A stretch of 64,000 nucleotides of DNA from Myxococcota bacterium (GTDB taxonomy: Bacteria > Myxococcota_A > UBA796 > CAJQPC01), in assembly GCA_036229005.1 (NCBI GenBank), contig JAZAMN010000052.1, positions 224,001 to 288,000 of the forward strand, given 5' to 3'. The notes under the pieces were generated by a model. That model did not search any database. It was not told the DNA's origin and saw only the letters and a program-made list of their open reading frames with translations. Shown one piece after another: positions 9,877 through 19,119 of the stretch. Numbering within the stretch: position 1 is the stretch's first letter; each line of letters opens with the position of its first letter. The position numbers and the translations under genes were made by a program.

Positions 9877-9896
9877 GGCTTGACGGGTGTCAAGCC
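9877..9896. promoter_or_regulatory. Perfect palindrome GGCTTGAC-N4-GTCAAGCC, candidate operator
   Basis: 8-bp inverted repeat about 100 bp upstream of the AgmX/PglI gene; TTGAC-N4-GTCAA resembles CRP/FNR-family spacing. Confidence 0.45.
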
Positions 9897-9973
9897 TTCC
9901 TTTTCGACTTTGTTGGAACCGCTCGGCGCCAGCGAGGACAGGCTGGGCGCTCTTGTGAGAGCCAGGCGCCCTG

Positions 9974-10297
9974 AATGCACGTTCCCTGTGAGCTACGGCC
10001 GCTCAATGCACGCTCCCGGCGAGCTACGGCCGCTCAATGCGCGCTCTCCGGGAGCTACGGTGGCTCAATGCGCGCTCTCTGCGAGCTACGGCCGCTCAGT
10101 GCGCGCCTTTGGGGCTCCTCTGGCCCCCCACAGACCCGACAACGGCCACGATGCGCGCACTGACACCCCGTAGCTCCGCCAATGCGCGCATTGACGCCCC
10201 GTAGCTCCGCCAATGCGCGCACTGACGCCCCGTAGCTCCGCCAATGCGCGCACTGACACCCCGTAGCTCCGCCAAAGCGCGCACTGACACCCTGTAG
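9974..10297. repeat. Element E2: about 4.5 direct 31-bp repeats, spacer, about 4.7 inverted 31-bp repeats
   Basis: GAGCTACGG at 9990, 10021, 10052, 10083; opposite-arm unit atgcgcgcactgacaccccgtagctccgcca at 10151, 10182, 10213, 10244, 10275. Confidence 0.95.
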
Positions 10298-10310
10298 TGC
10301 TCCCGACCGC

Positions 10311-13300
10311 CTACTCCTCGGCGCTCAGGTCCTCGGGCCGCTCGGACATGAACTCGGGGACGCCGGGGGCTGTCCACTCGCCGCCGTCCACGTTCAGGTA
10401 GATGGGGTTGGAGATGGCGTAGGGGTGCACCGGCTGGGTGCGGGGCGCGGGGGGCATGGGCTCGAGCAGGCCGGAGAGCGCCTCGACGCCGCCCAAGGCC
10501 TCGGTGACGACCTCTTGGAGCTGGACGGGCTCGTAGAGCACCGGCGTGAACAGGGGCTCCAAGGAACCGCTGCCCATCGCGATCATCACGTACCAACTGT
10601 CTTGGTCGGGGGCGTCCTCGTAGAACTCGACCAGGTTGAGCACGTCGGCGTTGGGGGTCTCGATCTCGAAGACCTCGATGAGCTCGCCGTTGCGGTAGAG
10701 CTCCACCCGCTCGACGTCGAACCAGGTGGGGGACTGCACCTCCAGCTCAAGCTCGATGCTGGCGGCGTCCAGGGTGTCGCCCATGAGCACCTGGCCCTCG
10801 TCCGCGGTGAAGCGGAGGAAGGGGCCGTAGCTGGCGAACACGTGCCCATCGCGCACCGCCTGGGCGATCTCGACGGCGTCCACGTAGGCGGGATCGTCCG
10901 TGGACGAGGCCACGAAGTTGCGGGGGCAGCCCGACTCCGTGCTGCTGGTGCCGTGGGTGTCCGAGTTGCCCAGCGCGGTGAGCTGGTAGCCCAGGTTGAG
11001 CAGCGTGAACCAGTCGTCGATCTGGCCGTGGATGCCATAGCCGAGCTGGAAGATCTCCCCGTCGTCGTCGACCCCGGCGTCCAGCATCTCCTGCTCGGCC
11101 AGGCTGCGTTCGATGATGTCGTAGGCGGTGGTGCTGCCGTCCGCGGCGTAGGCGTCCAGCTCGGCCTGGGTGGGCGTGCGCAGGAAGTCGTAGCGCTTGC
11201 CGTTCATCAGCTCCAGCGCGTCGAAGTTCAGGGTGAAGTTCTCCGAGTTGGTGAGCGGGTTGGTGATCTTGAGGATGCCGTCGTCCACGACCGGCGCGCC
11301 CGGGTTGCCGCCGTAGGGCGAGAAGCCCATCTGGTCGAAGTAGCCCAGGATGCCGTCCCGGGGGTGGGCCACCATGGTGACCGGCTCGATGCGGCCGTCG
11401 CCCAGGCTGCGCAGGTCGTTGAGCATCTGGCTGGGGGTCTCGCCCGTCCAGTCGAAGGCCCCGCCGCCATCCGCCAGGTAGTCGTGCTCCACCGGGAAGC
11501 CGATGTAGTGGCCGACCTCGACCGTGGTGACCTCCAGTCCCACCGCCGAGGAGATCCAGGGCTCCATGCCCATGTCCTGGATGACCGGGCGGTAGTCGGC
11601 CACGTAATCGTGGTCCGAGGAGATGAGGAACTCGACCTGCTCGCTGGCCATGGTCGCGATGCGGTCGTGCAGGCTGACGCCCGAGTCGTGGGAGGCCACG
11701 GCGTGGACGTGGAAGTCCGCGGAGATCCACCCGCTGGTGTCCACGGAGCGGGTCACCTGCAGGATGGCATCGGTCTGGCCGCCGCTGGTGACGCTGATCT
11801 CGGCGACATCGAGCTCATACTCCATGCCCCGGGTTGCGTACGCGACGTAGTCACCGGGGGGGAGGCTGACCTCCTTCTGGCCGTAGGGCATGAACACCAC
11901 GGCCTCGGGATCCCCAGCGATGTAGCCGTCGCCCAGCACCGGGTCCCGGACCACGCCCTGGCCATCCGCCGGGAAGAGCGTGACCTTGCCCGGGACGCGC
12001 ATCCCGGTCTCGTCGATGAGCTCCAGCGACAGGCTGCCCGAGAGGGGGAGGGTGGGGTTCACGTCGACCTGGCCGCCCTCGGTGACCGTGATGGCGATGC
12101 GGTCGCCGGTTCCGTGCGCGCCGTCGTGCACCTGCAGCTCCCACTCGCCCACGGGCAGGGTCCCGCCAAAGCTGCCGTCCGGGACGGTGTCGGTCCAGGA
12201 GACGTCGGTCTCCCACTGGGAGAAGGGGGCCTCCGCGCCGGGCTCGAACACCAGCACGCTGACCCCGGAGAGCGGCTCGGCCCGACCCTCGGAGTACACG
12301 TGGCCGTCCACGCGCCCAGTGGGGACGCCGCGGGCCTCCAGGATGCCGTCCAGCACCGAGCCCACGTCGCCATCTCCGATCACGAAGATGCGCTCGTAGG
12401 TGTAGGCGCTGCCCTCGGTAAAGCGGTCCTCGCCGGCGTCCGGATCCCCGGTCTTGCCGACGCCGAAGGCGGCGGTCTGGGAGCTGGTGAACAGCGGTAC
12501 GGAAACGGGCCCGGACAGGGACGCCAGCCCATAGCTCACCCCGTCTGCGGTGCCGGCCACAAAGTCCAGCTCGAAGGGGCTCGTGAAGGTGTTCAGGCCA
12601 GCGTCCCGCGCCTCGTAGACCGCGCCGTCCTCCCAGAAGCCAAGCCCCGGGGCGAACACGTTGACCGACCCGCCCTGCAGGTAGAAGTCGCCGAAGGTCA
12701 CGCCGCTCTCCAGCGCCAGGTCCAGCAGCTCCATGCCGGGCTCGTAGCTGAGCAGCTCGGGGTCCTCGGGCACAGATTCGTCGGCGGTGAACGCCGCGGT
12801 GGTGCGCATGGTCAGCCAGCTCTGGCCGGGCTCCAGGATGTAGTCGGTCTGCAGCGTGAAGTCGGGGGCGTCCACCAGCACCCACAGCCCCGCGAGCAGC
12901 CGCAGGAAGGGCTCGCTGGGGGCCGTGACGCGCACGATGGCGGGCTCGGTCTCGCTGCCCTCGCTCAGGATCTGCACCTGCTGGGCGGCCAGGGTCTCGG
13001 ACCAGCTCTCGGTGTCCGGGTCCACGCCGTCCGCCTTGGGCACGTTCATGTTGACCGTCGGGAAGATCTCCGCGAGTCGGTCGTTGCCCCGGCCGCCGGT
13101 GTACTGCGCCCCCACGCGGTTCAGGTCCGCGTCGATCACGCTGCCGCCAAAGAGGCTGGGCCCCATGGAGTTGTGCGCCGTCGTCACCGCGACCTTGATC
13201 CGGTCGTTCTCCAGCACGATGTCCCCGGGGCGCGCCAGGGCCTTGGGCCCGCCGATCCCGTCGCGCAGGTCCTCCATCACGCCGGCTTTGGCGTAGGCAT

Positions 13301-13349
13301 CGGGCCGTTGGTTGCAGGCGAGCAGGGCGAGCAGGTTCATTGCGTTCAT
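10311..13349 (-). CDS. CehA/McbA-like PHP-domain metallohydrolase lipoprotein
   Basis: Lipobox LLAC; PHP motifs ADFHVH, SSDHD, VAHPR, GNSDTH; beta-sandwich modules before the catalytic domain. Confidence 0.8.
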   Translation of the reverse strand: MNAMNLLALLACNQRPDAYAKAGVMEDLRDGIGGPKALARPGDIVLENDRIKVAVTTAHNSMGPSLFGGSVIDADLNRVGAQYTGGRGNDRLAEIFPTVNMNVPKADGVDPDTESWSETLAAQQVQILSEGSETEPAIVRVTAPSEPFLRLLAGLWVLVDAPDFTLQTDYILEPGQSWLTMRTTAAFTADESVPEDPELLSYEPGMELLDLALESGVTFGDFYLQGGSVNVFAPGLGFWEDGAVYEARDAGLNTFTSPFELDFVAGTADGVSYGLASLSGPVSVPLFTSSQTAAFGVGKTGDPDAGEDRFTEGSAYTYERIFVIGDGDVGSVLDGILEARGVPTGRVDGHVYSEGRAEPLSGVSVLVFEPGAEAPFSQWETDVSWTDTVPDGSFGGTLPVGEWELQVHDGAHGTGDRIAITVTEGGQVDVNPTLPLSGSLSLELIDETGMRVPGKVTLFPADGQGVVRDPVLGDGYIAGDPEAVVFMPYGQKEVSLPPGDYVAYATRGMEYELDVAEISVTSGGQTDAILQVTRSVDTSGWISADFHVHAVASHDSGVSLHDRIATMASEQVEFLISSDHDYVADYRPVIQDMGMEPWISSAVGLEVTTVEVGHYIGFPVEHDYLADGGGAFDWTGETPSQMLNDLRSLGDGRIEPVTMVAHPRDGILGYFDQMGFSPYGGNPGAPVVDDGILKITNPLTNSENFTLNFDALELMNGKRYDFLRTPTQAELDAYAADGSTTAYDIIERSLAEQEMLDAGVDDDGEIFQLGYGIHGQIDDWFTLLNLGYQLTALGNSDTHGTSSTESGCPRNFVASSTDDPAYVDAVEIAQAVRDGHVFASYGPFLRFTADEGQVLMGDTLDAASIELELEVQSPTWFDVERVELYRNGELIEVFEIETPNADVLNLVEFYEDAPDQDSWYVMIAMGSGSLEPLFTPVLYEPVQLQEVVTEALGGVEALSGLLEPMPPAPRTQPVHPYAISNPIYLNVDGGEWTAPGVPEFMSERPEDLSAEE

Positions 13350-13404
13350 AGGCGCTATGGTAGCCCAGCTCAGGGCGCCGATCCGCGTCCGCTGCGAGGT
13401 CCCC

Positions 13405-14472
13405 ATGCTCCTGTCGCTGTTGCTGTCCACCTCCGCCCACGCCGCCGAGCTCGAGCCCTACGCCATGGGCCAGATGTGGGTCACCCTCTACGACATGGAC
13501 GAGGCCGCGCAGGCAGATCCCGCGGGCTACGGAGACCCGGAGGACGACCCCGGCTTCAAGCTGCGCCGCGCCCGCCTGGGCATGGTCCGCCCCGCCGAGT
13601 TCGGCGCCACCCCCGCTGAGCGACTGGGCGTGAGCATGATCCTGGGCATGAGCGCCGGCTCCGACCCGATCCCCTTCGCCGCCACGGGACAGCTTGGCCT
13701 CATCGACGCCAACATCTCCTACGCAGCCAACGAGAACCTCACGGTCTATGGCGGTCTGGTCAAGGTGCCCTGGGGCCGCGAGAACCAGTTCTCCTCTCTG
13801 CAGCTCCCCTTCCAGGACCGCACGGTCCAGTCCAACCACATGGTCTCCCTGCGCGAGGTGGGGGCGCTGGCCGTCTGGAATGCGCCCGCCAACCTCCGGG
13901 TCCAGGGCGGCGTCTACAACGGCAACGGCTCCCTGCTCGGAGACGAGGACAACCTGTTCTTGTTCGCAGGCCGCGTGGACTGGACCCTGGGAGGCGACCA
14001 CAGCCAGGCCTACCGCAGCTTTGGGGTGGTGGACGCCCCGGTGATCGGCGTAGGCGCCGACGTGGTCTACAACGACGAGGCCGCCGTGGATGAGCTGGTG
14101 GTCGGTGGTGACCTCATCTTCCGCATGAAGGGCCTGACCGTCATCGGCGAAGGCCACTGGGCTCGCCTCACCCCCACCGACACCACGGTGGTGGACCCCG
14201 CCGTGCTCGCGCAGACCACCCGCATCGGCGCCTACGCCCAGGTCGGCTACACCGTGGCCGATCGCTGGGAGCCCGTCGTGCGCTGGGAGACCTTCGACGA
14301 GGACACCGCGCTCAGCGACAACGGCGACCTCATGCACACCTACGCGGGCGTGACCGGGCACTTCCTGGAGGACAAGCTGCGGGTCGGCGGCGGCTACGTC
14401 CTGCGCATGGAGACCGGCGGCGCGAACATCTCCAACGACACCGCGCGTCTGTGGATCCAGGGCACCTACTGA
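13405..14472 (+). CDS. Outer-membrane porin, OprO/OprP-like
   Basis: Signal peptide ending SAHA; GFKLRRARLG, GVYNGNG, EPVVRWE; C-terminal aromatic beta-signal LWIQGTY. Confidence 0.75.
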   Translation: MLLSLLLSTSAHAAELEPYAMGQMWVTLYDMDEAAQADPAGYGDPEDDPGFKLRRARLGMVRPAEFGATPAERLGVSMILGMSAGSDPIPFAATGQLGLIDANISYAANENLTVYGGLVKVPWGRENQFSSLQLPFQDRTVQSNHMVSLREVGALAVWNAPANLRVQGGVYNGNGSLLGDEDNLFLFAGRVDWTLGGDHSQAYRSFGVVDAPVIGVGADVVYNDEAAVDELVVGGDLIFRMKGLTVIGEGHWARLTPTDTTVVDPAVLAQTTRIGAYAQVGYTVADRWEPVVRWETFDEDTALSDNGDLMHTYAGVTGHFLEDKLRVGGGYVLRMETGGANISNDTARLWIQGTY

Positions 14473-14517
14473 GCCTGCGGCCGGCCGAATCCCAGACCGG
14501 CAGCTCCCTCGGTCGGC

Positions 14518-16335
14518 CTACTTGACCGGCACCTTGATCGGCGAGAAGCCCGAGCCCTTCTTGAGCAGCTCGCCGCCCGCCTTGGGCTTGGCCTGGATGT
14601 AGTACTCCAGGCCCGCGCTGTAGCTGGCGTCCGGGGTGATCTGCGTGCTGTACCCCGAGCCCGAGTAGCGCATGGCCTGCGCGCTGTAGCGACCGCCTCC
14701 CGCGGACCGGTAGTACAGCGTGACGGTGTAGCCGTCCGGAGCCCCCACCGAGAGCGTCAGCGGGCTGCCTGCGCGTGCGCTGCTGGGCTTGGTGTGCGTG
14801 AGCGCCTGGGGCACCGTCACGGTGGTCACCGGCGGGTCCTTTGGCTGGGGGTCCACCGCGGGCTTGACCGGGTCCTTCTCAGGGGCCGGATCCTTGGGGG
14901 TGTCCCGGACCACCGGCGTCACGGGATCCTTGGGTGGGTCCTTCTCGGGGGTCGCCACAGGCTGCGTCTCCACCGGAGGCGTCTCCACCGGCGGGGTCTC
15001 CACGGGCTGGGTCTCGATCGGCTGCACCTCGGGGGGCGGCGGCTCGGTGACCCCGATTGGATCCGGCTGGACCTCCGGCTCCTGGGAGGCCCACCACAGC
15101 CCACCCGCCAGCGCGATCAAGAGCGCCAGGCCACCTCCGATCAGGGCGTAGGGGGGGGAGCGCTGGGGGACCGTCGGCTCTTCCGGGGCGGAGAGCGTCA
15201 GGCCGCTATGGTCCGTACCCAGGGCGGGCTTGGGTGCCGGGGTGGGCGCCTGCGCGGGCGGCAAGGGCTCCGGGTCCATGTGGTCGTCCGGGACCATGGT
15301 GCCCAGCGCTGGAGCAGGCCCCGGGGAGGGAGAAGGCGGCAGGGCGCTCGGGGCGGGAGGGCCCACCTCCGGGATGGCGGTCTCCTGGATCACGCGGCCA
15401 GCAGACCTGGGCGCCGGCGAGGACCCACTCCCGTCAAGCAGACCGGTGCCCCCACCCACCGGCGCCAGGTGTCGCTGCTGGTGAAGGTCCGCGGCGGCGG
15501 CCAGCAGCTCTGGGGTCTCGGGCGGGTCGGCCGGCAGCAGCTCCAGGATCGCGCGCAGGGCGTCGGCCATCTCCGCCGCGGTGGTGTAGCGCTCCTCGCG
15601 GTCGTAGCGGGTGCTGCGCTTGATCACCTCGGCCAGCTCGGGGTCGATCCCCGCGAGCAGCCCCTTGTCCATGTCCGCGACGAACAGGTCCACCGGCGTC
15701 TTGCCCGTGAGCACCGAATAGAGCGTCGCTCCGGTGGAGTAGATGTCCGCGCGCACGTCCACGCTCTTGGCGTCCACCCGCTGCTCCGGCGCCATGAAGC
15801 CCCAGGTGCCCATGACCGCGCCGGTCTTGGTCATGCCGTCGTCGCCCTGGTTGTCGATGCGGGCGATGCCAAAGTCGGTGATGCGCAGCTTGCCGTCGGT
15901 GGACAGCAGGATGTTGTGGGGCTTGATGTCGCGGTGCACAACCCCGCGCCGATGGGCCACATCCAAGGCGTCCAGCATGTCGATGGTCACCTGCACCGCC
16001 ATCCTGGGGGGCAGGTTCCCGTGGAGCTTGACGCGGTCCAGCAGCGAGCCGCCGTCCACCAGCTCCATCACGATGTAGACCCGCTCCCCGTCCGCGCCGA
16101 CGTCGTACACCCGCACGATGTTCGGGTGCTCCAGCAGCGCCATCGTGCTGGCCTCACCCTCAAAGCGCACCCGCAGCGAGCGCCGCTTGGCCAGCTCTGG
16201 CGAGAGGATCTTGATCGCCCGCTGCACCTGCAGCCGGGAGTCGAAGCCCCGGTACACCTTGGCCATTCCGCCCTCGCCGAGGACAGAGATCAAGCGGTAG
16301 CGGCCATCTGCGAGGGGAGGGGCGGCTTCTGACAT
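14518..16335 (-). CDS. Membrane Ser/Thr protein kinase (Hanks type)
   Basis: GEGGMAKV, AIKIL, HRDIKPHN, DFGIAR, FMAPEQ; Pro-rich linker, TM helix and extracytoplasmic Ig-like tail; start placed at MSEAAPP. Confidence 0.92.
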   Translation of the reverse strand: MSEAAPPLADGRYRLISVLGEGGMAKVYRGFDSRLQVQRAIKILSPELAKRRSLRVRFEGEASTMALLEHPNIVRVYDVGADGERVYIVMELVDGGSLLDRVKLHGNLPPRMAVQVTIDMLDALDVAHRRGVVHRDIKPHNILLSTDGKLRITDFGIARIDNQGDDGMTKTGAVMGTWGFMAPEQRVDAKSVDVRADIYSTGATLYSVLTGKTPVDLFVADMDKGLLAGIDPELAEVIKRSTRYDREERYTTAAEMADALRAILELLPADPPETPELLAAAADLHQQRHLAPVGGGTGLLDGSGSSPAPRSAGRVIQETAIPEVGPPAPSALPPSPSPGPAPALGTMVPDDHMDPEPLPPAQAPTPAPKPALGTDHSGLTLSAPEEPTVPQRSPPYALIGGGLALLIALAGGLWWASQEPEVQPDPIGVTEPPPPEVQPIETQPVETPPVETPPVETQPVATPEKDPPKDPVTPVVRDTPKDPAPEKDPVKPAVDPQPKDPPVTTVTVPQALTHTKPSSARAGSPLTLSVGAPDGYTVTLYYRSAGGGRYSAQAMRYSGSGYSTQITPDASYSAGLEYYIQAKPKAGGELLKKGSGFSPIKVPVK

Positions 16336-16416
16336 GGCTCCCGGGGGGCTTGGGGCCACATGATAGCCCGGTTCCACCATTGGACGCCCCCGCCCGCCGG
16401 GGGGTAGCGTCCCGCC

Positions 16417-18351
16417 ATGCTCTTGTTGTTGCTCGCAGCCTGCGGCAGGCCAGTGGATGCGGACGGAGACGGTGTCTTCGCCGCCCGGGACTGTGATGAC
16501 GCAGACGCGTCCGTCGGCGCGCCGGCGCTCCGCTACCTGGACGAGGATCTGGACGGGTGGGGCCGCGAGTCGGTCTGGTCCGAGCGCTGCCCCCAGGTGG
16601 GGTGGGTGCTGGAGCCTGGAGACTGTGACGACGGGGACCCCAGCGAACATCCGGACGCCCTCGAGTCGCGCTGCACCTGCGGCGGGGCGGACGCCGAGTC
16701 CGTGGACGTGTACGCGGATCAAGACGGCGATGGCGTGGGCGCGGGTGAGCCTGTGGGGGCGCAGTGCGGCGCGAGCGAGGGGCTCTCCCCCCGCGGCGAT
16801 GACTGCGACGAGGCCGATTCCAGCGTGTTCCCCGGTCAGTCCGAGACCTGGTACGACGGCGTGGACAGCGACTGCGAGCCCGACGACTACGACGCGGATC
16901 GGGACGGCTTCGACGCGGCCGAGCACGGGGGCGACGACTGCGATGACCTGGACCCAGAGGTCAACCCCGGCGCCCTGGAGTTCTGCGATGCCGCCCAGCG
17001 GGACGAGGACTGCGACGGCCTCACCAATGGCGAGGACCCCGACGCCCGGGGGTGGACCCTGGGCTACGTGGACAGCGACGGGGACGGCTACGGCACGGGG
17101 GGCAGTGAGCTGGTCTGCGCGCCTGGCGCCGGCTTCGCTGACAATGACCTCGACTGTGCGCCAGAGGACCCTACGACCTACCCGGGGGCTGACGAGATCT
17201 GCGGAGATGGGGTCGTCAATGACTGCGGGGTCGACACCCTCTCCTGCGGAATCTACGGCAGCATGAGCGCTTCGACCGAAGACGCGGCCTGGGTCGACAG
17301 CCTGGGGGCCTACGCGAGCCACGAGCCGGTGGTGCTCAGCGAGGGCGACGAGCCGGTCTGGCTGCTGGCCGGGAGCTTTGTGGAGGGGGGACTCGGTGTC
17401 ATTCAGGGGCTCGACAGCGACGGGGACGCGCGCGCGCTGGTGGTCAGCGAAGACACCCGCGGCACCGCCTACGCCCTGGACGCCCACGACCCCGACCAGG
17501 ACGGCGTCCACGCGGTGCTCATGGGCAGCATCTCCACCTACCGCAGCGAGGACACCATCAGCCAGGGCCGGGTCTGGTATTGGCCGGATGGCGGGCTCGC
17601 GGGCGCGATCGACGACCACGACTCCATCACCGGGCGCTACGGGGACAGCAGCTTTGGCTACCGCGTGGCGCTGCTGGACGACGGCATCCTGGTCACCACG
17701 CCCTGGTTCTCGGCCGTCACTCGGGGCGAGGTCTACCTCTTCGACCTGGATCCGGGCCCGGAGGCCACCTGGCTGGAGGCCGAGGCGACCTGGACCGCAG
17801 ACGGCGAGCTCAGCTCAACGGTGGGCATCGCGCTGACGGCCTGCGCGCTGGGCGGGGAGGGGAGGGAGCAGGGGCTCGTGCTCTCCCAGGGTTCAGGGGT
17901 GCACCTCTTGGACCCCGACAGCCCCGGTGCACTCGACCTGGATTCCCGCATCGTCGAGGACACCAGCAGGATCGCGAGCGATTTCTCCTGCGCGGACGTG
18001 GACGGCGACGGCTACGCCGACGTGAACCTGCTCACCTACACCGGGCTCAGCGTGCACCTGGGGAGCGTCGAGGGCTTCGAGGGCGTGGACTTCCAGCTCC
18101 TGCTCAGCCCGATGGCAAACCACGTGGTCGCCGGCGACCTGGACGGGGAGGGGAGCCGGGACGTGGTCCTGGTGTCCAGCCAGCGGGAGGTGGTGCCCTT
18201 CTACGGCCCCTTCGACGCGGGGAGCTACACCAGCGAACACGTGCTGCTGCTCCCGGAGGGCGTCACGAGCATCGCGGGGCAGGGGCAGGAGCGCTTGCTG
18301 GTCACCACCGGCTACCACGGCTTCCTGCTCTCGGGGGGGCCGGGCTACTGA
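16417..18351 (+). CDS. Lipoprotein with MopE-type putative metal-binding repeats and FG-GAP-like C-terminus
   Basis: MLLLLLAAC lipobox; repeated DxDGDG...DCDD...PG.E.C..DxDCDG units; ADVDGDG and GDLDGEG motifs. Confidence 0.85.
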   Translation: MLLLLLAACGRPVDADGDGVFAARDCDDADASVGAPALRYLDEDLDGWGRESVWSERCPQVGWVLEPGDCDDGDPSEHPDALESRCTCGGADAESVDVYADQDGDGVGAGEPVGAQCGASEGLSPRGDDCDEADSSVFPGQSETWYDGVDSDCEPDDYDADRDGFDAAEHGGDDCDDLDPEVNPGALEFCDAAQRDEDCDGLTNGEDPDARGWTLGYVDSDGDGYGTGGSELVCAPGAGFADNDLDCAPEDPTTYPGADEICGDGVVNDCGVDTLSCGIYGSMSASTEDAAWVDSLGAYASHEPVVLSEGDEPVWLLAGSFVEGGLGVIQGLDSDGDARALVVSEDTRGTAYALDAHDPDQDGVHAVLMGSISTYRSEDTISQGRVWYWPDGGLAGAIDDHDSITGRYGDSSFGYRVALLDDGILVTTPWFSAVTRGEVYLFDLDPGPEATWLEAEATWTADGELSSTVGIALTACALGGEGREQGLVLSQGSGVHLLDPDSPGALDLDSRIVEDTSRIASDFSCADVDGDGYADVNLLTYTGLSVHLGSVEGFEGVDFQLLLSPMANHVVAGDLDGEGSRDVVLVSSQREVVPFYGPFDAGSYTSEHVLLLPEGVTSIAGQGQERLLVTTGYHGFLLSGGPGY

Positions 18352-18366
18352 GCGCGCAGGGCGGCC

Positions 18367-19119
18367 CTACTGGCTGACGGCGAAGCCCTCGCGGTGCAGG
18401 CCCTCTTTGACCTCGCCGATGGTCAGGTGGCGAAAGTGGAAGAGGGAGGCGGCGGTGACAGCGGTGGCTCCAGCCAGGCAGGCCTCCACAAAGTCCTCCA
18501 CCGTCCCAGCTCCTCCGTTGACGACCAGGGGAACCCGGACGCGCTCGTGGACGTAGCGGACCAGGTCGGTGTCGAACCCGGAGCCCGTGCCGTCGCGATC
18601 CATGCTCACCAGCATGAGCTGGCCCGCCCCCCGACGCTCGAGCTCGGCGCACCAGTCCAGCGCGTCGAGCAGGGTGTTGCGCAGGCCGCCGTGGGAGTGG
18701 ACCCGCCAGCCGTTGCCGGCCCAGCGCACATCCACCGCCCCCATCACCCGCTCGCTGCCGAAGGTCTGGGCGGCGCGGGTGACGAAGCCGGGGTCCCGGA
18801 TGGCCTGGGTGGCGACGCTGACGGCGCTGGCGCCCGCCATGAGCAGGGACTCGAAGGCGTTGAGGGTGCGGACGCCGCCGCCGGCGATCACGGGGACGCC
18901 GGAGCGTTGGACCATCTCGCGGATGATCTCGACGTAGCGGGCGGTGTGGGCCTCGGAGCGGGACAGGTTCAGGGCGATCAGGGCGTCCGCGCCCATGGAG
19001 GCGTACAGGCAGCCCGCCTGGACCGGGTCGCCGGCGTCCTGGAGGTCCCCGAACTGCACGCCCTTGACCAGGCGGCCCCGGCGGATGTCCAGCACGGGGA
19101 TGACGCGGCGGATCAGCAT
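18367..19119 (-). CDS. hisF: Imidazole glycerol phosphate synthase cyclase subunit
   Basis: RVIPVLDI..GRLVKGVQF, AGGGVR, SMDRDGTGSGFD, AASLFHF. Confidence 0.85.
   Translation of the reverse strand: MLIRRVIPVLDIRRGRLVKGVQFGDLQDAGDPVQAGCLYASMGADALIALNLSRSEAHTARYVEIIREMVQRSGVPVIAGGGVRTLNAFESLLMAGASAVSVATQAIRDPGFVTRAAQTFGSERVMGAVDVRWAGNGWRVHSHGGLRNTLLDALDWCAELERRGAGQLMLVSMDRDGTGSGFDTDLVRYVHERVRVPLVVNGGAGTVEDFVEACLAGATAVTAASLFHFRHLTIGEVKEGLHREGFAVSQ

Noticed and set aside
9974..10297. CRISPR array
   Set aside because: Units are contiguous 31-bp tandem repeats with no unique 25-45-bp spacers, the arms are inverted, and no cas genes are in the window
9688..10596. ORFs 9688-10173, 9975-10163 and 10096-10596
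   Set aside because: Translations of the repeat arrays; a 31-bp unit shifts frame each copy, arguing against coding
10425..13619. 1064-aa plus-strand ORF and similar long antisense ORFs (5220-7670, 50767-53808, 54131-55978, 61104-63062)
   Set aside because: Shadows of well-supported genes on the opposite strand
16336..17619. N-terminal 428-aa extension of the kinase ORF
   Set aside because: Overlaps the divergent lipoprotein gene antisense; an SD and -10 box support the start at 16335
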